Source: Selaginella moellendorffii (taxonomy: Eukaryota > Plantae > Lycopodiophyta). Taken from it: DNA of 64,000 nt. The notes under the pieces are model-generated. The model saw only the letters and a program-made list of their open reading frames with translations. It was not told where the DNA came from and made no database searches. Each line of letters opens with the position of its first letter. The first letter of the stretch is position 1. The translations under genes and the position numbers were made by a program. Shown in pieces: positions 22,194-33,958 of this stretch. The stretch is from positions 274,210 through 338,209 of the forward strand of contig NW_003314382.1 of NCBI RefSeq assembly GCF_000143415.4, given 5' to 3'.

Positions 22194-24068
22194 GACCGCC
22201 GTGATCGATCGGAGAACCGAGGAGGAGGAAGACGAAGAAGATTTGAGCTCTCTCTACACAGAACGAGGGATCATGGTGGCTATTTGGGGGTTTCCAGGGG
22301 CGAGGCGAGAAAGGGAAGAAGAAAGGGGAAGAACAAAGAAGAAGGAAGAGCGCGCACTACCTCTCTCTCTCTCTCTCGCGCGCGCGCTCGCTCGCTCTCT
22401 CCCCTCCCGCGAGAGGCGAGGGAAGGATGGATCAATCCCACTCCCAAAAGCAAAAGCCTAGACAAGAGGAAAGAAGGAAACCAATAAAATAGATAGGTAA
22501 AGCAAACATACCAAATGAATGGAGGAGACACCGTCCAGCGGATTGGAGAGGCTGTCTGGCGTCCGCAAAGGCCCAGGCTTGAATTATTGGAGGGGTAGCT
22601 TTTTTTTTTTTGCCCTAACCGGCCCACAGGTCACTGTCTTGGATGTTTGTTTATTATTATTATTGGCGCAGGCAGCAGAAGTTACTATTATCTCGGACGG
22701 GGATTTGGTTTAGTTTTACGAGTTACTATTCTACCCACCGGGTAGAAATACTAAATTGTTTTATTTGTTTTGTTTTTGTATTTTTGGGGACCACACACGC
22801 TTTGGCTACTTACCAAACACTGTCGCACGGACGATTGACACGTCCCCGCTGTGCAAGGGGAATATCTCTGTGTGTTTTGGAGAATCTTTGATTGTGTAGC
22901 GATTTTCTCTGGCCATGTCGAACTGAACCGTAAGCTTCCGGCAGCGATCCGGCTTAGATTATCAGTGCGTAGTCCTATTTTTACAGATTTTAAGAAAAAA
23001 AGTGATATAACACAAAATGGATGTCAGAGTTTTAGATCGAAAAGTGCAAGAAATTTCTCCTTCTTTTTCCCTTGTTGCCTAGATGAAGAAGCAAAAGGTG
23101 GCGAAAGTAACAACAATGAAAAAGTGGTGAAACCAACAACAAGCAGCACTCACCAGTTCCCAATGGCATCTTTTCTAAGAATTCTATCATATCATCCTTT
23201 GCTGCTGCTCCTGTTGGCGGCATTGATCGTTTCTCCAGTTGCAACAGTTGCCAACATAGTTGTGTGACACGACCATTGTTTTTCTTTTTTCTTGGTAGTT
23301 TTTTTTTTTCAAGCCTCATGAATTGTTTGCCACGGGCCGTTTTTTGGCACCCAAGTTGCTCCCGGGAAAATATTTCAAATCCCCAGCTCCTCCGGATTCG
23401 AAAGCTTGTTTCTCTGCAAATGCCCCTGCTGTCGTCTTACACTATTGAATTGATGAAGAGATTCAATGTAATTAGAGCTTGCAGGACTTTGTAGCGTTTT
23501 GTAAGAATCGACAAGAATGACTTTGGTGTTCTCGGGCCAATTAACTCGATCGACACGTAGCTCCGATGCAGACTCTCTCTGGGAGATATTTGACGACGCG
23601 CAATAATCTTTGTCTTCCGGACTCTTGGAGGCGACTCTGGATCTCTTTCCCTTCTTCCACCTATACTTGTACTCGTGAGAAAATGACAATGCAACCAAAG
23701 AGTTTTTGGCCGCATCGAATTCAATTCAAGGAGCTGCCAAAGCAAAAAGGAGGAGCACCGCACCACAACAGTGAGTAGCAAGTCAAGGTCGTGCTCAGTT
23801 GGGCTGTTTCTCGGCCGTGTTGACCACGTCTTCCTTAGCTCAACCTTGATCCGACTATGGAATGGAAGATTCAAATTTGATTCTTGCGAGCGTCCGTTTC
23901 TAGATCCAATCGCCCAACATATTTATCGTTCCAACACAGGTTGGAACTTAGTTTTCTACAGCTTTCTTTTTTTTCCCGCGTCGGCGTCGCGGCATTGATG
24001 AAGGTTGGAGAGCGTTTGGTAAGCTTGGTCTAGCTGTCTGGGACTAAAACTTTAATGGCTTTCCAGGG

Positions 24069-24076
24069 TATATAAA
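24069..24076 (+). promoter_or_regulatory. TATA box of nsLTP gene
   Basis: TATATAAA about 130 bp upstream of ATG 24202, followed by a CT-rich leader. Confidence 0.6.
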
Positions 24077-24201
24077 CTCTCTCGCCACCAAGATCGCTCC
24101 AAAGATCATTCCTTCACAAACTCTCTTCTTTTCCAAAGCAAGTTTACCTGACATTCTCGCTTCCCGATCTCTCTCGCGCTAGACTCTAGATCTCTAAGAG
24201 A

Positions 24202-24622
24202 ATGGAGCTCTCGAAGATGGTGGCGGTGGTGGCGGTGGTGGCGCTGGCGCTCCTCGCGTCCTCGCCTCGAGCGGCGCTGGGGCAGTCGTGCGACACTAGC
24301 AAGTTCACGAATCTGCAGGCTTGCCTCCCGGCGGCCACTGGCTCGGGCTCGGTTACCTCGAGTTGCTGCTCCGCGATGATGGCCTACCGCAGCAATCCCA
24401 GCTGCCTTTGCAGTACGCTCGTCTACGCCAAATCCCAGCTTAGTAGCATCAATCTCAACAACGCTTTGGCCATTCCCAAGGCCTGCGGCTACTCGTCCTA
24501 CATCCCCTCGGGCTTCACTTGCCAAGGTACGTTTTGGATGGTTCATCTTTGAATCGTCGTCTCAATCTCAAAAGTATTGATTTTTTGCTTTGATTTGTGC
24601 AGGAATTACTGTTCCCAGGTGA
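24202..24622 (+). CDS. Non-specific lipid transfer protein (8-Cys motif, signal peptide), 2 exons (24202-24526, 24603-24622)
   Basis: Hydrophobic signal peptide; C..C..CC..CLC..C..C pattern; intron just before the end (CQ|GITVPR*). Confidence 0.9.
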
Positions 24623-25010
24623 AGACTCTCTCAAAAGGAGGAAAGCGTTCCAGAGCTTCCATCGCTTGATCTCGTTTAAGTAGATTACGTTAGCTAGAAT
24701 AAGAAACGTTCCTTGTTTTATATGAGTAATAAATATAATAATAGTACTATTATTATTTAAAGATATCTGATTATGTTTAAGAAATGGATAATATTATGAC
24801 AAATTCTAACAAGCTTAAGAACCAACATAATTCAGCTGGGGAATGCGACGCCATCGAAGATTCTCTCTTCCAACCAACACAAAGAGTAAATGGTGGTGGT
24901 CCACGAAACCATGCGGCACCTCTGGCACCACCGCCAAATGTAGCAGCGCCACCACATTTGGCAAGAGGAGAGCCACGCCGAAAGCCGCAGCACGCTCGCT
25001 ACCACCGCGA

Positions 25011-25075
25011 GGACACGTGCCGACACGGGCGCGCACGTGCTTCCTGCGTGGCACAAGCGGAGATAGCATATTCCA
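25011..25075 (+). promoter_or_regulatory. Stress/ABA cis-element cluster (two G-box/ABRE, DRE core, CGTGGC, P1BS)
   Basis: CACGTG 25014-25019 and 25034-25039, GCCGAC 25019-25024, TGCGTGGC ~25045-25052, GCATATTC ~25066-25073; TATTTAAA at ~25154. Confidence 0.5.
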
Positions 25076-25234
25076 TCCGGTGTTCCCGCTGACCGCAAGC
25101 TGACTGCCTCCCACTCGGCAGTCGCCGTCAGCCACGCTGGAAAAATATACAGGTATTTAAATCCGGGTGCCCGCGAAATCCGCAAAATTGTTTTATCGAT
25201 TCGTTGCTTGATCACATCGCGGGGAGGCAACACC

Positions 25235-25663
25235 ATGTCGATGATCGATAGCAGCGATTATCGATTCAAAGCCTTGGACAGTTTCGTGGCGCCGCGCCCG
25301 GGGGCGTGTGGAGACGACGACGACGACGTTGGGCCTCCCGATCTCGCGCCCGCCGCATCTCTCGCGCTGATCTCTTCTTCTTCCCGATTTCGCGGAGCTA
25401 GGATCACTGGAAATCATCCTGGGTCGCCTCTGATCGCCGCCGGAGCAGCAGCATTGCTGCAAGGATTCATCATCTCGGATGATTCCGAGCCAATGCCCGA
25501 GGTAAGTTCAATCGCTTCAAGCGCATCCTCTTTCTTCTCCTCTTGTTCTTCTTTAGAACGCGCAATGGATATCCTTCATCGCTTTGATGAAATTACAGTA
25601 TTAAAGCTCTGGTATCGGACTGTGCAGATCATTTATGTCAAGGCGAAGGACCCGAAGGTTTGA
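25235..25663 (+). CDS. Putative small orphan gene (~100 aa), 2 exons (25235-25501, 25628-25663)
   Basis: ACCATGT start, GC-rich exon 1, consensus donor GAG|GTAAGT, acceptor TGCAG|ATC in phase 0. No recognised domain. Confidence 0.45.
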   Translation: MSMIDSSDYRFKALDSFVAPRPGACGDDDDDVGPPDLAPAASLALISSSSRFRGARITGNHPGSPLIAAGAAALLQGFIISDDSEPMPEVSSIASSASSFFSSCSSLERAMDILHRFDEITVLKLWYRTVQIIYVKAKDPKV

Positions 25664-26577
25664 AGCGATCGAAAGAACCAAATCAATTTTGCTACTCCTG
25701 ATCTTGCCATGGAATATGCTCATCTATATGCTATACAGACATCGAAACGGTGTACCGTCAGATTATATGATATTATCGTTTCTGCTATAGCCTATGGCTT
25801 CTTGTATGTCAAGTGTTGCAGTACTGCAATTCACGAGCCACATTTTTACAACCATCAAAGAAACGAGTTGCTAAGTATGTTCTTTTATTCGCGCCAAGCA
25901 AACAAAAACGCTGGAGATCTCTCCAGTGTTTTCAGTTTCTTATTCGAGTAGAGACTCGGTAAGAAATCGCTTGGAGAGTCTTCTAAATTCGCACCTTGTC
26001 GCGTGAGATTTAGATTTTGATATCAGCGTCAATTGAAAGGCCGACTTAGATTAGAAAACAAGTGCTACTTCCCAACCGGCAAAGCACGTAGGCACACAAT
26101 TTAAAATGATAATTGTGCCAATAATGAAACATTGTTATTAAGCGCTGGTTGGAACAAGCACATGTGCCATCTACTATATGTCACCAAGTTTTTTGTAATC
26201 TTGTGTCCAATTGTCTGGTATATTGGGCATGTTTTAATCAAAAGGCCGCAGGAGGTCAGTTGTCCTGAGTGATTTGGGATGACAGCAACCACGGATTTGC
26301 AAGATGGCTAACCGTCTTGTTTCTCAGATACAAGGGGACTTGCAATTGAGGACATCTCTAGAGGCAGGAGCTGCTCAAACCGAGACAAACAAGCTCGCTG
26401 AAGTGGCACTTTCTTCTTGACTGCCCGCCTCTCGACTGTCCAGCTCAAGAGCACCTCTACAACCGTCCTGTGATTCCTTTACATCATGTTGGCCAGCCTT
26501 GCTCGGTGGCGAGCAAAGAAAAGCAACAAGAGGTCCTCTCGTCAAGACAAAATGGTGGCTCCAGCTTACATAAAAGT

Positions 26578-27047
26578 GTATGTTCAGTGAAAGAGGCTTT
26601 GGCCATATCTATATAGTGGCCAGGTTTGGTGTTCTTTCTCTCTTGCAAAAACCAGTTTTTGTTTTCTTGTTTGGTTTTTGTCTAACATGTTTCTCTCCTT
26701 GGTTGCAGATCATGGCAGTGAAGCAGCTGGAAAGAAACGGACATTCAACCCGAGATTCTTGGTGGGAGTTTGGATAATCGGTTATTGTTGTGATGGCGAT
26801 CAAAGGCTTGGTTTCTACAAGTATATGAACCTGGAAGATCAATTACACAGTTTGTATTGTTTTCTACATACAAAAAAACTGAGTAAGCCTTGCATGCAGA
26901 TGTGTTGATCCGACAAGGAACCATTGGGCTGGAATGCAATGATGAAAATAGCTTTGCAGGAGCTACCAAAATATGCATGACAAAGAAAATCCTCCTGGAT
27001 TTCACATCTTACTCAGAGAGCATTATCCCAAGCTCTCAGATTTTGGT
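26578..27047 (+). pseudogene. Degraded RLCK-VII (PBS1/PBL27-like) kinase
   Basis: Collinear fragments across frameshifts and deletions: ERGFGHIY, IMAVKQLERNG, IGYCCDGDQRL..YKYM..LEDQLH, EPLGWNAMMKIA/AGATK, HDKENPP, YPKLSDFG. Confidence 0.8.
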
Positions 27048-28028
27048 CGTGCTGTTTATAGAGTCTTGCAATGCTCATTTTAAAGCATGATACCAGTCGT
27101 TCTTTTGGAGCTCATCACTGGAAAAAAAGATATAGACAATGCACAGGGCATAATTAATTTGCATGGGTAGGTTTATATACCTTTTCTTTCCTATACAGAG
27201 GTGGCTACCAATGAAGATTAGAGGGACCAGAGCGAGGTGAATAATGTATTGCATTCATGTAGTCCCATATTCTTCAGTTGGGTATAAGTGGACTGTAAAT
27301 TCAATCTTCTACACAGATTCAAGCTTTAGTGCCAATTTGGACGACCTTTATTTTTGTCGTGGTGGAACTCAATTCAAACAAGGAGCCGAGCAAAACATTG
27401 ACTTCTGTTTGCAAAGTCAATAAAATATCATTTAAAAGGTAAAAAAAGTATACTTTGATAGGAAAGGATGATATATTTATGTGGTCAGTCAAGTGCTCCC
27501 AAGTGGACCGAGCTCGACCACACTTTCTCAGCAATAGTCATGGCTGTGAGCCACTCGCAGGTTACAGCCCTAATGTGTGCAACTGAGCTCCCTGACTGTG
27601 GCGCGCTCAGCTCCCAGCTGATGGCCATGGCGGCCAGGGATGCAGGGGTGCGGGATGGTTCTCTCCATATGTTGACAATAACAGGATCTGAATCTGCAAG
27701 ACAAAATAGAAAGTTGTCTCAATCACTAGAACATTGAACGAAAGAAACAACATTGTGCTACTAAAGATAATTTCAAAAGTTGACAAAAGCTCTTTCTTCT
27801 CTTTGTTACCAGCTCGTGATAATCTGCCATGCCTGTGTAGGCATCATACTCCTCATCGCTGGATGGCATATCCATAAGGGGAACTTCTCGTGCTAGCGGC
27901 ATCCAGAAGCATAGAGCCATCATCCCTCCTCTGACGATGTAGACATTAGAATTACCTGTGCTAATTACAAATTATAATAAATAAAATATCTGAGCGCAAA
28001 CCTAATACTAGACAGGTCTTACTGAGCC

Positions 28029-29140
28029 ATGCCATGGCGCTGGGGCGGCCATAGCGCTGCGCTGGGAAGGGAGGCTATTGCGGGTTTACTGAATGTGGTG
28101 CGTAAAAACTTTTCGGCTGCTTCCATCTCGTCTGAATCTGGCGCTCAAACTCGATGGTTTCCGGCACGTCCAGCGCTGGTTTTGGACCTCGACGACTGGC
28201 TCATCTCCAAGCGCGCGAAAAACAAGGATTTCGTGGTTACCAATCGAAATGGTTGCCACGATATCGGCATGAGGCCTGGGTTGATCCCTTTCCTCGACAA
28301 GATGGCTCCCATCTATGATCTCTACGTATTCAGCTCCGCCACAGCTATATGTTAGTGGCATCGTCCACAGTATAAATTCGAGGTTATCCTCCGGACAGAT
28401 TCTTAGGTGTTATTGCCGGGACCATTGCAAAGCTTATTTGGATCCAAGCATCGATATAACCGTGGATCTGAAAGATGGCAACAGGTCACAAGGATTGCAA
28501 GCGAAAGGTGTGGATGATGAGTATTACTGGCTGTTCCAGCAAAACAATGGCTTTGTGGTTCCTCGTTACGATGGGGAAGACGAAGAGGATCAAGTACTGG
28601 AAGGGCTTGTGCCGCTTCTCACTGCGCTGGCCAAACTGGATGACTTACTCCCGCGATGGAGGGGCTCAGGACTGGCGAGTGTAAGTTGGTTGACGGGAAG
28701 CTCAAGTTTGGAGACATTGATGAGCAAATTGTTCTGGAAGCGACGCTCCGGTTTTTCGTGAGTGATTATCTGTAGCTAGCGTCTTGTTTACACAGGTGAG
28801 GGAATGGTTCATGAACGTTTCAATTCACTGTGGACAAATTTCAAGAACTGGTATAGTGCAAAGGAGGTGGATGATCCTGAATTTAAGAAGGGAGTGATGG
28901 GACTGAAACACAATGGTGTTTTAGAATCAGAAAGCGAGGGGAAATGTGTGATAAGCGAAGCAAGCTGGGAGGTGGAGTTTCAACAGATTATTATGGAAAC
29001 GGAATACAAGACAAGAAGGAAGAGGTAAGAGATTTTGTTTTTCTTAAGAATAGCTCATAATATTGCTCTTCTTTAGCTTGAGAGAAAGGCTGAGGGAATA
29101 TCGAAGGTGTTCAAGAGTGTTTACAGATTTACAGCAAAAA
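28029..29140 (+). pseudogene. NIF/FCP1-like (TIM50-like) HAD domain gene with frameshifts
   Basis: Transit-peptide-like N-terminus, LVLDLDDWL, MRPGLIPFLDKM..YDLYVFSSA, frameshift, YCRDHC, VDDEYY..QQNNG, DEEDQVLEGLVPLLTALA. Confidence 0.7.
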
Positions 29141-29472
29141 GTATCTGCAGCATGCAAAGTCAATCATACAAAAGCATCCTATTTTATGTGTCCACATTTT
29201 TGCAATAAACTATTTTCATAAATATATATTTGTGTAAAGCTTTGCAATAAGGACCTTTCTCCTTGGTGATTGGCACAACACTAGAAGTAGTCTTGGGCTA
29301 CCTTGTTGGAGGGATTGCTTTGGAAGGGCTACCCCAATTTTACGTGAGTGCAGTGTGACTACTGTCTTGTCACTTCGTTATACACCGGTGACGGAATGGT
29401 TGATGAATGCGATGCTCATGAGATTACTATGAGTATCTTCCACATTTTGATATTCAACCTCGCCCTTGAGTG

Positions 29473-29548
29473 CCTCCCAGCTCGCTTTGCTTATCACACA
29501 ATTGCCCTCACTTTCATTGTGTTTCACTCCCATCACCCACAATTCAGG
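29473..29548 (-). repeat. Inverted copy of 28876-28972 (NIF-pseudogene 3' exon)
   Basis: Reverse complement GTGATGGGAGTGAAACACAATG..AAAGTGAGGGCAATTGTGTGATAAGCAAAGCGAGCTGGGAGG matches GTGATGGGACTGAAACACAATG..AAAGCGAGGGGAAATGTGTGATAAGCGAAGCAAGCTGGGAGG. Confidence 0.8.
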
Positions 29549-31479
29549 TCTTCCAACCGTGTTATACCTATCCCCGTATTTGATTCATATAGAAATGATA
29601 CAAGACGAGGTAAAAATTTTGTTTTCTAATCATATATTGTTTTTTAATTTTCTGCTTGAGAAAAAGTCTTTGAAGGCACTAAAAGGTGTTGAAGACTGCA
29701 GTTAGCGACTAAGAATACTGACTGTGTAGTGTTTGCATTAAAGAGAGTGCATTTCAAGGTGTTCTTGGGACATTTCAGAACATCATACCATAAAGACTAT
29801 TCGTATATATCAGTTTTACCATTTTGATTATGATACATGTTTAAAGTAAAAGTTTGTTAAGGACTTTTAGTTCCATAAAAATAGGATTTTGATTTTTTCA
29901 TAATTGCGAGAAGTTGAGGAGAAGATAAAACAACCATAATTAATGGTATAATTTATTCATGTCTCAATATTTCTCTTCAATGAAGTTTAAGAGCTGTGTC
30001 TTTGCCATTAGCAAGATCTCAATCTTAGTTGCCTTTGTCATCTCTCCACTTTTGCTGTCTAATATAAATTGATGCTCAATTAGCAATACTTAATGAAAAC
30101 CTATAATAATGAATCAAATTTACATCAAACTCTATATTATGAATGCAATATCCATCCTTAGAAGATCAATACGTTCTCTCACCCTAAACGTGCCAATTAT
30201 AATTATTTTATAAAAGTACTTTAAAGAAAATAGTTTTCCTGAAAAGTAATTTAATATAATATTTTATTTCTAAATTATTTTCAATGAAGAATTTTTTATT
30301 GTATCCAGTAAAAAAGTCTTGATTTTTTAAATAAAATAATTTAAATATTATTATTTAAATATATTAGTTTGTAGATATAAATTAGAATAGCTATCTAGCC
30401 CATCTCATTACTTCTAATATTTTTATATTAATATGCTTATCTTGTAATACAAAGCTGTAGTATATAACATTTATTTTATAAAAATAAGTAAGTATTGATT
30501 AATTTTCAATAACTTGAAAAAATATCTTTTACTATAGTGTATATAGTGCTCATTTTTTTCTGTTTTTCATGTACTTTATTTTTCTAATGGTTAGAATCTG
30601 AAATTTGATTATAACTCTGATGAATAAAATGTATTTATGCTCTATATTTTAACATATTATAGTGATAAATATGGTGGAGATACTAATATCTTCATTTATA
30701 AGTTATCACAAAATATTAAATATTCAAAATAACCCAGTTCTTTATTAAAATATATAAATTTAACAATTAATAATGAACTATATAATGTTATAACATTTGA
30801 AGGCTCTACAAAATATGAAACTACAGGATGGTTTAGTTGAATTTTGTGGTTATTCCAAGGTATTTTTAAGTATAACAAGCATATTATTATTGAGTTTTTC
30901 AATATAAAGCCATAATATTTCTTGCCTTAATCATAATAAATATAATAAATAATGTTTTTAATTATTAAAACTATCTAATAATTTTTTAAATAAATAAATT
31001 TAACTATTATTAATTTTTTTCATATAAAATTCTTTAATAGTTAAAAAATATAATCATAAAAGTATTTTATATATAAGTGAAATCCTTTTAAAATGGATTA
31101 AAAAGAAAAAGATAAGGTACTAGCAACTAATAAGACTTAAGTTGTGCTTAATATTTTTATTATTAAAACTTATGTGTATATAAATGAAACAGATAAATTA
31201 TTTTATATAAGATATTTTAGGTAATGATAAAAATTAGCCTATTATTTTCTATGTAATCAAGCTTTTATTTACCTTTCTTAATAATTATATAATTCAAAAA
31301 ATTATTGTTTTATTACATAATGAAGTTATTAGAATATGTAATCATATCCCATAGAAGTTGGAGACGACAACTCACTAAGGATTGGAGTAATAATTAATGA
31401 ATGTTGCTAAATTAATTTAAAATTTCAGTTTCATATTTTATAGAATTGTTATTTAAATATATTAAATTATATATATAAG

Positions 31480-33817
31480 GTTATTAAATATATATACTAA
31501 ATATATTACCCTATCTTGGTAATATGCTAACTATAGTACTATAACATAAAAAAAAATTTAAAATTGAAGGGGTTTAAACCCTAATTAATATATTCCAAGC
31601 ACTCACATTAATGGAGTTGAGGGGCACTGCAATTTGTCTTTGAAGGGCAAAGCTTTTTAATTATGTTTTGCTTAGTGTTTAGGATTATGTGTTTACTTTT
31701 GTTCTATCAATTGTTTTTTCTTCTTTAGATCATTTTGTTAAATTTAAGATTGTAGCAATTTTACTTATTCTTCTTTTAATTTTCATTGTATTTTCTTCTT
31801 TTCCCATGCCATGTCATTATCCATCAAAGAGTATGTTATCCAAGGTGACTATGTCCTTTTCAAACTTTTGGTGCTATGCTATGTGATCTTGTTGATGTTG
31901 TTTCAATCCTTAGTGAGTTGTCTCCAACAATATGATTATATGTTCTCAATTTCTTACCATCTTTTATTAATATGGAGTGTAATCATAACATTAATTGGAG
32001 AGTTATAGATGATGCATTCTTGATTTTGGAGAACATTTAAGGATTGAGTTTATGAGAAAACAGTATTTATGAGCTTTAGTGGATTTCTACTAACAAAGAA
32101 TTTTAATTACTTTAAGAATAAGTTTGGAGATGAGTTGGAGATTCCACATGGTAAGTGTTAATCTTTCAATCTACCATTTAATCATTTCTCTTTATCTTCT
32201 ACTCTTTCCTAACTTTTTTTAAAAAAAAACTTAAACCATATTCTCATGTTCCAATGTTTCTTCCTCATCAAAAGTATTTCTTTCTTATAGCATATTAATC
32301 ATATGACTCTTATGATTCTCATTCTAAATCTAATATTAAGTTGAGTGTTTTTTGTCCTCGTCATACTAATTTAGATGTTAAGTATATGTGTGAAGCTAAG
32401 AATCTTGCTTTAACAGAGACTTTGATCAATTTTGGTATTGACTATTTCTTTGTTCCAAGGGTTATGTCATTTTTGCTAGACTTTTAGGTTGAGTGCATAT
32501 CCTTCATTGTGAATGCTATTAAGAGCTTTTATTTTATAGTTTTTACTAAAGAGCTTTTATATTCCTTTAAGAGTTTGAACTTTTCTATTGATTTTCCCAT
32601 CTCATAAGTTAAGTGGTATGAATATCTTATTTATCTTGTAATGGTTAAAGTATTTTATAATAGAAATTCTTTTATTCTCCAAGCTTTGAGCATATTTCTA
32701 TTTTTTATGTCCCTATTTTCACTTTGCCATCTACTAATAATTCCTCGTATGATGCTTTTTTATCTAGTTTTTTTCTTCTATAATATTTCTATCTCAATTT
32801 TTTTCTTGGCTTGACACTTTAAACTCTTTTTTCTTCAAATGAGGGGGTAAAGGGGAGGGACAAGAGTTTATTTTTAATGATGGAGTTAAGACAAACAAAT
32901 GCAATATTAAAATGAGAATAAATTATATAAATTGTGAAATGAAAATGAGTATAGTGAATCCAAATGGAATATCTAACTTAATGTAGTGAAGTTGAATAGA
33001 TACAATAATGAAGTGAGGTTGAACATAAATGGTGGAATAACAATGAGTGAAAATTTTTAAATAAAATTGGTATTTCAAACATTTTTTTTCTTTCAAGAAA
33101 GGGATAAAGAGGATGTGGAGAGCAAATGGAGTGAGTTTGATTTTCTATGTGTGGCATTGGACAAAGATAAAAATTGTGAGTTTGAATTAACATAGGTTTT
33201 ATAGGTTAAAAAAAAAGAAGATATAGAGGCAAGTTCTACTAATGGTTGTGAGTCCAAGTTAATGGTGGTTTTGGAAAATGGCTAAAAGGTAAATTTAAAA
33301 ATGGGATGTATCATTTATTGCAATAGTGTTTTATAGATTAAAGTCTCTTTTTTTTTGTTCAAAGTTATGGCTTTGAGGGTGGTTCAAGCATTTAGCAATT
33401 AAATATAATGTTGTAGCTAGTTCATTAGGATTTTGTAATTGCCTAACATTTATGTTATGATTTTGGGTTTTATTTCTGTCATGGCTGTTAGCAATTACAT
33501 TAGTGGTTATATAGGAGCTTTAAGTTCTTCTAGCAGTCTATAATCACTCAGGAAAGGTTTTAGATGTTCTATCTAATTTATCATCATCACCTTTTCATCT
33601 TCTGAAGGGAAGAATGGTGTAAAGTTTATATAAACATATATATATACATACATATAAATATACATACATGTATATATGTGTATATATATATTACCCTACT
33701 TAGATAATATGGTAATTATAGCACTATAACATATAGACCATGTATTTAGAATTGATTCTGGTCCATTCATTCTTTAAACCCGAAGTGATACTATTTCCAT
33801 ATCTGAAGCACTCATAT
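31480..33817 (+). mobile_element. Heavily eroded, internally deleted LTR element
   Basis: Direct repeats TATTACCCTA..AATATG..TATAG.ACTATAACATA..TTTAAACCC..AAGCACTCA at ~31504-31607 and ~33689-33815. PBS-like TAATGGAGTTGAGGGG at 31609-31624. Purine tract GAAGGGAAGAATGG then TGTAA at ~33604-33622. Confidence 0.5.
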
Positions 33818-33958
33818 ATACTATTATTATAGTTTTATTAAATAAAATATGATTATTTAGATAAATTGATGCCATTTAATGGAAAATAACACTTAAATTC
33901 ATCTAGCAAGTAGGCTCATAGATATGCAATTTATAGAATATACATATTTTTTGTTTAC

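Noticed and set aside
23163-23267. Signal-peptide-like small ORF MASFLRILSYHPLLLLLLAALIV..
   Set aside because: Stops after 34 aa with no mature peptide motif or convincing splice continuation.
27485-27930. Possible two-exon minus-strand gene fragment
   Set aside because: Splice-like signals are present, but there is no recognisable product and the frame is ambiguous.
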